From NCBI GenBank assembly GCA_020425125.1, contig JAGQRV010000003.1:1184-65183 (forward strand): DNA of 64,000 nucleotides, written 5' to 3'. Below, in pieces: positions 19,823 to 29,297 of this stretch (the first letter of the stretch is position 1; every line of letters begins with the position of its first letter). The stretch comes from Paracoccaceae bacterium (lineage in GTDB: Bacteria; Pseudomonadota; Alphaproteobacteria; Rhodobacterales; Rhodobacteraceae). The translations under genes were made by a program, and so were the position numbers. The notes beneath the pieces were generated by a model that was not told where the DNA came from, ran no database searches, and saw only the letters and a list, made by a program, of their open reading frames with translations.

Positions 19823-20910
19823 CCGTCCTCTAGGTGCAGAAGAAGCGCCAGAGTCAGGCAGATCGCCGCGACCGGCGGCCCCCAGACCGCCACGGCAATC
19901 GGCAATTGGCCGCTGTCGCCCATCAGCCGGGCAAGATTGCCGACGAAATACACGCCGAAGCCCGACAGGACCGCGAACAGCACCATGAGCCCGGTGCGCC
20001 CGAACCGATTGTGGCGCAGCGTGAAGGCGGCACCGATCAGGACCATGGCGACGAAGCCGAGCGGCTTGGCCAGCTCGGATTGCAGCCAGACACGATGGCT
20101 CCGGGCCGAGAATCCGGCTGCTTCGAGGCGGGCGATGAATTCGGGAAGGTCCCAGATCGGGATCGCCGAAGGGGTTCCGAAGCTGTCGCGGATCTGGTCC
20201 CGGGTCAGGTCTGTCGGTACGCGCAAGGTGGCGACCGTCTCGGCGTTTGCCTCGGGATTTCCGTCACCGAACGTCCAGCGCTTGGCGCCGGTGACCAGCC
20301 AGACCCCCGAAGCGAGGGCGGCGGAGGATGCCGTGATCCGATAGAGCGGGGTGTCGTCGTTGGAAAAGCCGTAGAATGTGACGCCGTAAAGCCGCGTGCC
20401 GTCGAGATTGGAGCTTTCGGCATGGATCGCGGTCTGGGTGTCGGAGCGGCCCTGGCGCAGCCAGAGCCCCTCGCGGCTGACCGAAACCACCTGCTCCGAA
20501 CCCCGGAGCCGGTTTTCTTCGGCATTGTATTTCTTCGACACCGCCGCGACGAAGGGATTGCCGATGGCGATGATCGCAGCGCCGACCATGGCCGCGGCAA
20601 GGACTGGTGCGACGAGACTGCGCAGCGCGGAGCGTCCGGTGGCCCGCACGATGACGAACTCGTTCGATCGCGAGAGCGAGATGAACATGGTCAGCGTGGT
20701 GAGAAGCACGACAAGGTCGAGAACCTGATAGAGCACTTCGGGCACATGCAGGATCGCCATATAGGCGAGTTGCCCGAAGCTCACCTGATCGCTGTCGAAC
20801 CGCCGGATATGCTCCAGCAACTCGATCAGCCACATGAAGATCGCAAAGCCGGACAAGATCGCCACGAAGGCGCTGAGGAAGCGGCGGGCGAAATAGAGGT
20901 GCAGGATCAT
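19819..20910 (-). CDS. lptG: LPS export ABC permease LptG
   Basis: 363 aa in the YjgP/YjgQ permease family (MILHLYFARRFLSAF...). 4-nt overlaps with lptF and lptD. Confidence 0.85.
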   Translation of the reverse strand: MILHLYFARRFLSAFVAILSGFAIFMWLIELLEHIRRFDSDQVSFGQLAYMAILHVPEVLYQVLDLVVLLTTLTMFISLSRSNEFVIVRATGRSALRSLVAPVLAAAMVGAAIIAIGNPFVAAVSKKYNAEENRLRGSEQVVSVSREGLWLRQGRSDTQTAIHAESSNLDGTRLYGVTFYGFSNDDTPLYRITASSAALASGVWLVTGAKRWTFGDGNPEANAETVATLRVPTDLTRDQIRDSFGTPSAIPIWDLPEFIARLEAAGFSARSHRVWLQSELAKPLGFVAMVLIGAAFTLRHNRFGRTGLMVLFAVLSGFGVYFVGNLARLMGDSGQLPIAVAVWGPPVAAICLTLALLLHLEDG

Positions 20911-22031
20911 GACGGCTTCCTGCGCCGGACGAACGGGGCGAAAGTGCCGTTTGCGATCACCAGAAGCAGCGTGCAGACGATGCCCGCAAAGACCGGGGCG
21001 GCGTAGACGAGAGGCCAGGAGTCGGGGTTGGACTTGGCCATGTCGACCGCCGCGTTGTCGACGAGCTTGGTCGTGACCACGAGAAGGACGGCGAGCACGA
21101 TCTGACGCGAGAGGCCGAACCGGCTGAAGCCGCCGAGCATCAGGGCGGCATAGCCCACCACCACCGCGCCTACTGACAGAAGCGCCTGGGAAAACCGCAG
21201 ATGCCCCTCGCGCCGCAGCGATTCGACCGAGCGTCCGGTCGCGTCGAGGATCTCCGGGGACGGGTTGAGCAATTGCAGCGTGGAGAGGGTGCGGTAGTCC
21301 AGGCGCCGTTTCTCGGGCGTGGTGACAAGCCCGCCGATGGCGACAGTGAAATCCTCGAACTTGGTGGTCGACAGCTGATCCGTGCGGGTATTCAGGGTCT
21401 GGGCCATGCCGTCGAACATCACCAGGCGCGGACCGTCCGCATGGCGGACCAGCAATGCGCGATGCGCGTTGTAGGTCGTCTCGTAAAGCGGGTCACGGCG
21501 GTCGTAGACCAGAAGCCCCTGCAGGCTGCCGTCCGCAGCAATGTCGCGGACATAGACGGTCACTCCGTCAGTGGGGCTCTGGAACGCCCCCGGCACGATC
21601 AGCCGGGACGACACCGCATCTGCAAGCTGAACCTCGAGCGCGCCCAGGCGCTGCATGCTGAGGGGCACGAGCAGATGCGCCAGCAGCGACAGCAGCAGCG
21701 CCAGGATCAGGCCGAACACCAGAAACGGGCGCACAAGGCGGAAGGCGTCGTATCCAGTGGCCTGCACCACTACCAGTTCGCTGTCGGAATGCAGCCGGTT
21801 GGTGACATAGGCCGAGGCGACGAAGCCGGCAATCGGCAGCACGATCAGCATGATGGCGGGGATGCTCAGCAATGTCAGCTGGAAGACCAGGCCGCCGCCC
21901 TGACCTTCGGACAGGTAGCGGTCGAGCAGGATCACCGCACGGTTGATCCAGTAGACCCCGACGAGAACGAGTGCAAAGAAGCCGAAAACCCGAAGAAGCT
22001 GTGACAGCACATATCCGTCAAAGCGCCCCAA
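20907..22031 (-). CDS. lptF: LPS export ABC permease LptF
   Basis: 374 aa in the YjgP/YjgQ family (GRFDGYVLSQLLRVFGFFALVL). The start appears to be TTG. It is divergent from pepA, as in E. coli. Confidence 0.85.
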   Translation of the reverse strand: MGRFDGYVLSQLLRVFGFFALVLVGVYWINRAVILLDRYLSEGQGGGLVFQLTLLSIPAIMLIVLPIAGFVASAYVTNRLHSDSELVVVQATGYDAFRLVRPFLVFGLILALLLSLLAHLLVPLSMQRLGALEVQLADAVSSRLIVPGAFQSPTDGVTVYVRDIAADGSLQGLLVYDRRDPLYETTYNAHRALLVRHADGPRLVMFDGMAQTLNTRTDQLSTTKFEDFTVAIGGLVTTPEKRRLDYRTLSTLQLLNPSPEILDATGRSVESLRREGHLRFSQALLSVGAVVVGYAALMLGGFSRFGLSRQIVLAVLLVVTTKLVDNAAVDMAKSNPDSWPLVYAAPVFAGIVCTLLLVIANGTFAPFVRRRKPS

Positions 22032-22165
22032 GCCCTGCCTCGCCCGTCTTCTGCCTCGTTTTTCTCTGTTCCGGTCTTAGCCCATCGCGTTCGCCTGGAA
22101 AACTCATCTCTGGCCAATGGGCGGACTGGCGACTACGAACGACACGCACAGCGAGAGAGGCCCCC

Positions 22166-23632
22166 ATGACGCTACCGCAGGAGATCACCTTCGCCGAAAT
22201 CGACACGGATATTCTCGTGACGGCATCGGGCAGGCTCGCGGTTCTGGTTCCGGCGGATGGCAAGCTCGACCCGGCGGCGCGGCGAATCGACCGCGCGACC
22301 CGCGGCGCTCTCGCCCGTTTCGTGGGCAGCGCGCGGTTTGCGGACATGGCGGCCGGCGCGGTGGCTGACCTCGCCTTTCCGTCCGGACTTGCGGCCGAGT
22401 CGCTGCTGGTTGTGAAGCTTGACCGAAAATGTGGCGCGCTTGCGGCACGCCGGGCGGGAGCGGCGATTGCTGCCGTTGCGCCCGAGGGCGAAATCCTCGC
22501 ACTTGCCGGTACCCATCCGCAGGCGGCCGAACTGGCCCTCGGTCTGGCGCTGCGCCGGTATGCCTTTAGCGAACATCGGACCGGCAAGCGTCCTGCGCCG
22601 GCACCGGTGAAGGTGCTGGTGGCGAAGCCCGAGGCTGCTGCGGCAGCGGCTGCCGACCTGGCCGCGCGGGTAGAGGGCGTGGTTCTGACCCGCGATCTTG
22701 TCTTCGCGCCGTCGAATGTCCTGACCACGACCGAATTCGTGCGGCGGCTACAGGAGCTTGCCGATCTGGGCGTCGAGGTCGAGGTGCTGGACGAGGACGC
22801 GCTCGCCAAACTCGGCATGCGCACGCTGCTGGCTGTCGGGCAGGGGTCCTCTAGTCCGTCGCGGGTCGTCGTGATGCACTGGCAGGGCGGTGGCACCGAA
22901 CCGCCGGTCGCGCTGGTCGGAAAGGGTGTCGTCTTCGATGCGGGCGGGATCAGCCTGAAGCCGGCCGACGGGATGGAGCTGATGACCTCCGACATGGGTG
23001 GTGCGGGCGTCGTGGCCGGGGTGATGCGCACGCTTGCGCGGCGGGGCGCGACGGCCAATGTGGTTGGCCTCGTTGGTCTGGTCGAGAACATGCCGGACGG
23101 GGCGGCGATGCGGCCCGGCGATGTGGTCGCGACGATGAAGGGCGACACGGTCGAGATCATCAATACGGATGCCGAGGGACGGCTCGTCCTGGCCGACGTG
23201 CTCTGGTACGCGCAGGAGCGCTTTGCGCCGCGGGCGATGGTCGATCTGGCGACATTGACCGGCGCGGCGGTGGTGGCGCTTGGCAGCCAGAAGGCAGCCG
23301 TCTTCGGAAATGACGATCCGCTGACCGAAGGTTTCCTGGCCGCCGCGGCTGCCGAAGGAGAGGGCGCCTGGCGGATGCCGCTCGATCCCGCCTACGACAA
23401 GCAGCTGAAAAGCGAGGTCGCCGACATGAAGAATGTCGGTGGCCGTCCGGCCGGGGCGATCACTGCGGCGCAGTTCCTGCAGCGTTTCGTCAAGGACGGG
23501 ACACCCTGGATTCATCTCGACATCGCGGGCGTCGCGCGCACCCCTGCAGCGACCGATTTCGCGCCCAAGGGTGCGACCGGTTGGGGCGTACTGTCGCTCG
23601 ACCGGCTGATCCGGGACCGGTTCGAAAGCTGA
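22166..23632 (+). CDS. pepA: Leucyl aminopeptidase (M17)
   Basis: ORF 21971..23632 trimmed to MTLPQEITFAEID at 22166. VGKGVVFDAGGISLKP and NTDAEGRLVLAD are M17 signatures. Confidence 0.93.
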   Translation: MTLPQEITFAEIDTDILVTASGRLAVLVPADGKLDPAARRIDRATRGALARFVGSARFADMAAGAVADLAFPSGLAAESLLVVKLDRKCGALAARRAGAAIAAVAPEGEILALAGTHPQAAELALGLALRRYAFSEHRTGKRPAPAPVKVLVAKPEAAAAAAADLAARVEGVVLTRDLVFAPSNVLTTTEFVRRLQELADLGVEVEVLDEDALAKLGMRTLLAVGQGSSSPSRVVVMHWQGGGTEPPVALVGKGVVFDAGGISLKPADGMELMTSDMGGAGVVAGVMRTLARRGATANVVGLVGLVENMPDGAAMRPGDVVATMKGDTVEIINTDAEGRLVLADVLWYAQERFAPRAMVDLATLTGAAVVALGSQKAAVFGNDDPLTEGFLAAAAAEGEGAWRMPLDPAYDKQLKSEVADMKNVGGRPAGAITAAQFLQRFVKDGTPWIHLDIAGVARTPAATDFAPKGATGWGVLSLDRLIRDRFES

Positions 23633-23648
23633 GAGGGAGGACGCCGAC

Positions 23649-24044
23649 ATGCTGATTCCGGCAACGAAGTACCGCGATCCCGAGGCGGCACTGACCTTTC
23701 TGACCGGGACGCTTGGGATGACGGCCGACGCGGTCTTCCGCGATGAGGCCGGAGCGATCGTCCATGCCCAGCCTTGTATCGGGCGCGGCATGCTGATGTT
23801 CGGCCCCGACGCGGAGACGCCGTTCCAAGCCTACATGATCGCGCCGTCCGAGGCGTGCGGTCGCGAGACCACGACCGTCTACGCCGTGGTCGACGACGTG
23901 GCGCACCGGTACACGCGCGCGAAGGATGCGGGGGCCGAGATCATCCTGCCGCTGGAAGCGCAGCCGCAGGGCGGGTCGAGCTTTTCCGTGCGCGATCCCG
24001 AGGGCCACATCTTCACCTTCGGCGACTACGATCCGTTTGCCTGA
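23649..24044 (+). CDS. VOC/glyoxalase-family protein
   Basis: 131 aa. The C-terminal SFSVRDPEGHIFTFGDY is typical of the VOC fold. Confidence 0.7.
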   Translation: MLIPATKYRDPEAALTFLTGTLGMTADAVFRDEAGAIVHAQPCIGRGMLMFGPDAETPFQAYMIAPSEACGRETTTVYAVVDDVAHRYTRAKDAGAEIILPLEAQPQGGSSFSVRDPEGHIFTFGDYDPFA

Positions 24045-24053
24045 GGGAAATCC

Positions 24054-24506
24054 GTGGGCGTCGTCCGCTTCTATCACATGACTCGGTCGCCGGTGGAGGC
24101 GACCCTGGCGCGGCTGGCGCAGCGTGCCTACGAGGCCGGTCTGCGGGTCGAGATCCGCGCCTCCGATCCTGCGCGTCTCGATTGGCTCGATCAGAAGCTA
24201 TGGCTGGGCGACGAATCCGGGTTCCTGCCCCACGGACAGGCCGGCGGACCGCACGATGCGCTTCAGCCGGTTCTGCTGACCGCGAGCGAAACCCTTGCGC
24301 CCGATACGCAATGCCTGATGGCAATCGACGGTGCCCCTGTCGAGGCCGCCGAGGCGGCACGGCTTGACCGGACATTTGTCCTGTTCGACGGCAACGATCC
24401 GCCGGCGCTTGACCATGCCCGTGGACAATGGCGCATGCTGACCGGCGCCGGCGCGGAGGCGGAGTACTGGAGCGAGGATTCCGGGCGCTGGGAGCGCAAG
24501 GCGTGA
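24054..24506 (+). CDS. holC: DNA polymerase III subunit chi
   Basis: 150 aa with a GTG start. VRFYHMTRSPVEATLARLAQRAYEAGLRVEI...LDQKLWL matches chi. It follows pepA, as in E. coli. Confidence 0.85.
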   Translation: MGVVRFYHMTRSPVEATLARLAQRAYEAGLRVEIRASDPARLDWLDQKLWLGDESGFLPHGQAGGPHDALQPVLLTASETLAPDTQCLMAIDGAPVEAAEAARLDRTFVLFDGNDPPALDHARGQWRMLTGAGAEAEYWSEDSGRWERKA

Positions 24507-24525
24507 GACGGGGCGCTGTCGTCCG

Positions 24526-25110
24526 TCAGCGCGTCAGCGTCATCCGGTTGCCCTCGATCGAGATCGAAGCGAAGCGGGAGAGATAGCTCATCCCCAGAAG
24601 TGAACCCGGCATGGTTCCGCCGCCGACCTCCGCAGGGACGTTGTGGTCGACCTTCCCGCCCAGCTGCACCGAGTCGAGATAGACCGTCGCGGTCTGGACC
24701 ATGCCGTTGGCAGTCACCGCGCTGCCGGTGAAGCGCAGCGACGCCGTGTCGATCCCGGCCCGGGCCGCATCCTCGCGGCTCAGCACCAGATCGGACGCGC
24801 CCGTGTCCACCAGGAACTGGACCGGAGTGCCATTGATGCCGAGCGTCAGATGGTAGTGGCCGTCCCGGGCGAGAGTGACCTCGATCCTGTGGCCGTCCCC
24901 GATGACCGATTGTCGGTTCGCCGCGGTGTCGCGGATGTCGGACCACAGCCCTGCCGCGGCTGCCAGGCCGACGATGATCAGCACCCATATCATCGCCTGC
25001 TGGGCGAGCCGGCCCAGCTGATGCGCATTCGCGACGAAGAAATAGCTCGCGATCACCGTTCCGAGAATGGCGAGGTAAACGAAGGAGGCGACTTGGTCGG
25101 CGCTCATCAC
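24526..25110 (-). CDS. Membrane-anchored retropepsin-like (clan AA) aspartic protease
   Basis: 194 aa with two N-terminal TM helices, then FLVDTGASDLVLS, the D-T/S-G active-site motif of the TIGR02281-type family. Confidence 0.8.
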   Translation of the reverse strand: MMSADQVASFVYLAILGTVIASYFFVANAHQLGRLAQQAMIWVLIIVGLAAAAGLWSDIRDTAANRQSVIGDGHRIEVTLARDGHYHLTLGINGTPVQFLVDTGASDLVLSREDAARAGIDTASLRFTGSAVTANGMVQTATVYLDSVQLGGKVDHNVPAEVGGGTMPGSLLGMSYLSRFASISIEGNRMTLTR

Positions 25111-25157
25111 GGGCTCCTGGCGGGGTTAGCCTGAGATAGGCCGATGGCTGGCCGATT

Positions 25158-25772
25158 TCACCCCTTGGGCGCGCCGAGCAGGCCGAGGTCGGCCAGCCCG
25201 TCCAGGACGAACTGCACCGCCAGCGCCCCGAGGAGCATGCCGAGGAGGCGCGTCACGACGACGATGCCGGTGCGCCCCAGCGCACGTTCGATCGGCCCGG
25301 CGATCAGGAAGAGCCCGAGCACCAGCCCGATGACGGCGAACAGCGCGATATGCGCCTGAAGCTTGTCGGCCCAGCCCGCACCCTTGGCCGAGGCGAGCAG
25401 GATCATCGTTGCCATGGCGCCGGGTCCGGCGATGAGCGGCGTGGCCAGCGGGAAGACAGACGGGTCGTGGTCCTCGTCGGCGGTCCGGCCCTCGCGGCGT
25501 TGCGAGCGGCGTTCGAACAGCATCTCGACGGCGATCAGGAACAGAAGCAATCCGCCCGCGATCCGGAAGGCCGGCAGCGAGATCCCCATGAGGTCGAGCA
25601 CCGCCGTGCCGAAGACGCCGAACAGCGTCAGGATCCCGGCCGCGATGGCGCAGGCCCGGAAGGCGATCGCCCGGCGCTGTGCGTTGCCTCGGCCCTGGGT
25701 CATGGCGACAAAGATGGGCGCGAGCCCGATCGGGTCGATGACCAGCAGCAGGGTCACGAAGGCGGACAGCAT
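25158..25772 (-). CDS. MarC-family integral membrane protein
   Basis: ORF 25158..25994 trimmed to MLSAFVTLLLVIDPIGLAPIFVAM at 25772. A GTG at 25787 is an alternative start. Typical MarC N-terminus. Confidence 0.8.
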   Translation of the reverse strand: MLSAFVTLLLVIDPIGLAPIFVAMTQGRGNAQRRAIAFRACAIAAGILTLFGVFGTAVLDLMGISLPAFRIAGGLLLFLIAVEMLFERRSQRREGRTADEDHDPSVFPLATPLIAGPGAMATMILLASAKGAGWADKLQAHIALFAVIGLVLGLFLIAGPIERALGRTGIVVVTRLLGMLLGALAVQFVLDGLADLGLLGAPKG

Positions 25773-25792
25773 TTCACCGAGGTTCACGGGGA

Positions 25793-27652
25793 TCACCCTC
25801 CGGCCGCTTCCAGACGTTCCTGTGCCACAAGCCACAAGAACTCTGCCCGGTCGAGTCCGTCCATCACTTCGGCATATTTCTTCTGCCAGATCTCGACTTC
25901 CCCTGCCTTGCCGGATTCGTAGAGCGCGACGTCGGCCAGCTTCTCGGCCAGCCGGCTGCGCATCTGGTTGAGCTTTTCCAGCCGGTCCTCGCACTTGCGC
26001 ACCTCTGCCCGCAGCGCCAGGATCGCCTCGCGCGAGGGCCGGGGTGCGGCGGGCTTCGGTGGCGGCGCGCGGTCCGGCGCCTTGTCGTCGCCTGCAAGCA
26101 GCATCTTGCGATAGGCGTCGAGGTCGTCGTCGTATAGGGCGACGCGCCCGTCCTTCACCAGCCAGAGCCGGTCGGCGATGAGATTCAGCAGATGCATGTC
26201 GTGGCTGACAAGGATCACGGCGCCGGAATATTCTGCCAGTGCCTCGACCAGCGCCTCGCGGCTTTCCATGTCGAGGTGGTTGGTGGGCTCGTCGAGGATC
26301 AGCAGGTGCGGCGCGTCGAGCGTTGCCAGCAGGAGCGACAGCCGTGCCTTCTGGCCACCCGAAAGGCGCCCGACCTCGGTCTCGGCCTGGTCGGCGAGAA
26401 GCCCGAACCCGGCAAGGCGCGCCCGCAGCTTCGATGGTGCCTCCTCTGGGCGGGCGCGGCGGATATGCTGAAGCGGGCTCTCGTCGACATGCAGTTCGTC
26501 GACCTGATGCTGGGCGAAATATCCGACCCGCAGCTTCGAGGACGTCGTCATCCGCCCGGCCAACAATGGCAGCCGCCCGGCAAGCAGTTTCGACAGCGTC
26601 GACTTGCCCTGGCCGTTCCGCCCCAGAAGCGCGATCCGGTCGTCCTGGTCGATCCGGAGATTGAGCTGCCGCAGGACCGCACGGCCGCCATAGCCGACCT
26701 CGCCGCCTTCCAGCGCGATGATCGGGGGCGACAGGTCGTCAGGTTGGGGGAAGCTGAAGACCTGCTTCGCGGCATCTTCGGGCGCGGTGATGATCTCCAT
26801 CTTTTCCAGCATCTTGATCCGCGCCTGCGCCTGACGCGCCTTCGATGCCTTGGCCCGGAACCGGTCCACGAAGCTTTGCAGATGGTCGCGGCGCGCTTGC
26901 TGCTTCTTTGCCATTGCGGACTGCACCGCGCGCTGTTCGGCGCGCTGGCGCGCAAACTGGTCATAGGGACCCTGATAGAGCGTCAGCTTGCGGTTCTCGA
27001 GATGCAGGATCGCACCCACGGCCCGGTTCAGCAGGCCGCGGTCGTGGCTGATGATGATGACCGAATGCGGATAGCGGGCCAGATAGCTTTCCAGCCAGAC
27101 CGCACCCTCGAGATCGAGATAGTTGGTCGGCTCGTCCAGGAGCAGCAGGTCCGGCTGGGCGAAGAGAACACCGGCCAGGGCCACCCGCATCCGCCAGCCG
27201 CCCGAGAACGACGCGCAGGGCATCCGCTGTTCGGCATCGTCGAAGCCCAGACCCTTCAGGATCGCGCTGGCCCGCGCTTCGGCGGACCAGGCGTCGATAT
27301 CGGCCAGTCGGGTCTGAACTTCCGCGATGCGGTGCGGATCGTCTGCCGTTTCGGCCTCGGCCATCAACCCGGCCCGTTCGGTGTCGGCTGCCAGAACAGT
27401 GTCCAGAAGCGAGGTGTCCGATGCCGGGACTTCCTGCGCGACACCGCCGATGCGGGCGCGCTCGGGCAGGGTGATGCGCCCTCCCTCCAGCGTCAGTTCG
27501 CCCCGGATCAGCCGGAAGAGCGTGGTCTTTCCGCTGCCGTTCCGCCCGACCAGACCGACCTTGTGGCCGGTCGGGATGACCGCGCTGGCATGTTCGAGAA
27601 GCGGCCGCCCCTCGACCGAATAGGAGATGTCGTCGATCCTGAGCATGGGCAC
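25793..27652 (-). CDS. ABC-F family ATPase (Uup/YheS-like, no TM domain)
   Basis: 619 aa with two Walker A motifs (GRNGSGKTT, GRNGQGKST), two LSGG signatures and a coiled-coil C-terminal tail. Confidence 0.9.
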   Translation of the reverse strand: MPMLRIDDISYSVEGRPLLEHASAVIPTGHKVGLVGRNGSGKTTLFRLIRGELTLEGGRITLPERARIGGVAQEVPASDTSLLDTVLAADTERAGLMAEAETADDPHRIAEVQTRLADIDAWSAEARASAILKGLGFDDAEQRMPCASFSGGWRMRVALAGVLFAQPDLLLLDEPTNYLDLEGAVWLESYLARYPHSVIIISHDRGLLNRAVGAILHLENRKLTLYQGPYDQFARQRAEQRAVQSAMAKKQQARRDHLQSFVDRFRAKASKARQAQARIKMLEKMEIITAPEDAAKQVFSFPQPDDLSPPIIALEGGEVGYGGRAVLRQLNLRIDQDDRIALLGRNGQGKSTLSKLLAGRLPLLAGRMTTSSKLRVGYFAQHQVDELHVDESPLQHIRRARPEEAPSKLRARLAGFGLLADQAETEVGRLSGGQKARLSLLLATLDAPHLLILDEPTNHLDMESREALVEALAEYSGAVILVSHDMHLLNLIADRLWLVKDGRVALYDDDLDAYRKMLLAGDDKAPDRAPPPKPAAPRPSREAILALRAEVRKCEDRLEKLNQMRSRLAEKLADVALYESGKAGEVEIWQKKYAEVMDGLDRAEFLWLVAQERLEAAGG

Positions 27653-27697
27653 CCTCTGCCCGAGCGGGCGCCGGGTTGCAATGCCTTCGTCGGGCAG

Positions 27698-28282
27698 TCA
27701 GCCCGGCGGCATGCGTGCCCGCGTGGCCGCGTCGGCAAGGCGGCGCAACTCTGCGAGGAGAGGGTGCACCGCGGTGCGATCGGCGCCATAGCGGAGGTTG
27801 AAGGCGTAGTCGAAATCATCCGGATTGGCACCGATCGCGTGCTGAAAGACGGTTTCGAGCTTGTCGAGGCCCTTGGCGAGTACGGCCTCGGACGTCTCAG
27901 CGGCGTCGTATTCGTCCCACAGTGCCAGAATCGCCGCGCGGTCAGGTACTGGCAGAGGTGCACATAGGGCGACGAGATCGGTCCGCTCGCGCGCCGCCTT
28001 GCCGTCTTCGGGCGTCTGAGCCGTGGCTGGCACATCGCCCGAAACCGCCTCGCCCAGGTCGTGGACGATGCAGAGCTTGAGCAGCCGGAGCATGTCGATG
28101 CCCGGCAGCCGGGGTTCGAGAATCATCGCAAGAAGGCAGAGACGCCAGGTGTGTTCAGCCGTGCTTTCGTGCCGTCCGCCGGCCGTGTACCCCGAGCGGA
28201 GCGTATCCTTCAGCTGTTCGGCTGCCTGCAGAAAACTCACCAGTCCGGAAAGTGCGCCTGCGTCGGTTGCGGTGTCGGTCAT
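27698..28282 (-). CDS. HD-domain phosphohydrolase (YfbR-like)
   Basis: ORF 27698..28324. The start is uncertain (28282, 28297 or 28324). [17 protein letters not shown]...[12 protein letters not shown] carries the H...HD motif. Confidence 0.75.
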   Translation of the reverse strand: MTDTATDAGALSGLVSFLQAAEQLKDTLRSGYTAGGRHESTAEHTWRLCLLAMILEPRLPGIDMLRLLKLCIVHDLGEAVSGDVPATAQTPEDGKAARERTDLVALCAPLPVPDRAAILALWDEYDAAETSEAVLAKGLDKLETVFQHAIGANPDDFDYAFNLRYGADRTAVHPLLAELRRLADAATRARMPPG

Positions 28283-28408
28283 GCCACAGCCTGCCATCTG
28301 TGCCGTGCCCACACGGCTTTTCAACCCCGGTTCCGCGTGCTAGCTGATCGGCGAAAATCGCGCCGGGCATCCGCCCTCCGCGGACCCCTGGAACGAGAGA
28401 GACACCGC

Positions 28409-28831
28409 ATGGCCACCGAACGCACCCTGTCGATCATCAAGCCCGATGCCACCAAACGCAACCTGACCGGCAAGATCAACGCCAAGTTTGAGGAAGCCGG
28501 TCTCAGGATCGTCGCACAGAAGCGCATTCGCCTGACCAAGGAACAGTCCGGGGAGTTCTATGCCGTTCACAAGGAACGCCCGTTCTACGACGAGCTGTGC
28601 GACTTCATGGCGTCCGGCCCGGTCGTCGTGCAGGTTCTGGAAGGGGAAAGCGCCATCGCGAAGAACCGCGAAGTGATGGGCGCGACCAACCCGGCCGACG
28701 CGGCGCCGGGGACAGTCCGGGCGGAATTCGCCGAGTCCGTCGGCGAAAACTCGGTCCATGGTTCGGATGCCGCCGACACCGCGGCGGCCGAGATCGCCTA
28801 TTTCTTCTCGGGACTCGAACTGGTCGGCTGA
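28409..28831 (+). CDS. ndk: Nucleoside diphosphate kinase
   Basis: ORF 28061..28831 trimmed to [19 protein letters not shown] at 28409. NSVHGSD active-site region present. 140 aa. Confidence 0.95.
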   Translation: MATERTLSIIKPDATKRNLTGKINAKFEEAGLRIVAQKRIRLTKEQSGEFYAVHKERPFYDELCDFMASGPVVVQVLEGESAIAKNREVMGATNPADAAPGTVRAEFAESVGENSVHGSDAADTAAAEIAYFFSGLELVG

Positions 28832-29220
28832 GACCGCCGTCGCGGTATCACACCGATTTCGGACAGGGCCGCGTCCAGCCGGGCGCGGCCCGAATCTGTC
28901 CGGCGCGCGTTCGCTGCGGGGTCGTCATCCGGATCGGCATCCTCCGAGCACGACCGGGTGCCGGCGATCAGCGCGTCGTAACGGCGGCGCAGCGCGACCT
29001 TCTCGGTGCCGGTGCAGTCGGTCCAGGGACGTCCCTGCAGCCCCATCGCGATGGCACAGTAGGCGATGAAATGCGGGCGCGATCCGGACGCGACCAGACG
29101 GGCATAGGCTTCGTCGGCGCCGATCGCCCGCAGCGTTGCGGTATCGCGGATCCCCGCGGCGGCGAAGCTGCGGGCCATCGCAGGGTCGAGATTGCGGATA
29201 GTGGTAATAGGCTCCGGCAT
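28798..29220 (-). CDS. TfoX/Sxy C-terminal-domain protein
   Basis: ORF 28798..29235 trimmed to [42 protein letters not shown], an HhH-like TfoX_C region. GGGAGG SD upstream. The 3' end overlaps ndk by 34 nt. Confidence 0.7.
   Translation of the reverse strand: MPEPITTIRNLDPAMARSFAAAGIRDTATLRAIGADEAYARLVASGSRPHFIAYCAIAMGLQGRPWTDCTGTEKVALRRRYDALIAGTRSCSEDADPDDDPAANARRTDSGRARLDAALSEIGVIPRRRSQPTSSSPEKK
28860..28902 (+). terminator. Strong hairpin just after ndk (possible terminator; no U-tract)
   Basis: Outer stem CGGACA (28860-28865) / TGTCCG (28897-28902). Inner perfect 8-bp stem GGGCCGCG (28866-28873) / CGCGGCCC (28884-28891). It lies inside the 3' tail of the convergent TfoX-like ORF. Confidence 0.35.
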
Positions 29221-29297
29221 GGGACCTCCCGGCACGGCAGGGAGATGCTACTTGCCGGAAGCGTCCGGGAAAAGGCCGGAGCCGTCGAAGCCGTGGA

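Noticed and set aside
26192-27967. 591-aa plus-strand ORF
   Set aside because: It is antisense to the ABC-F ATPase gene, which has two Walker A motifs and two signature motifs. It has no motifs of its own.
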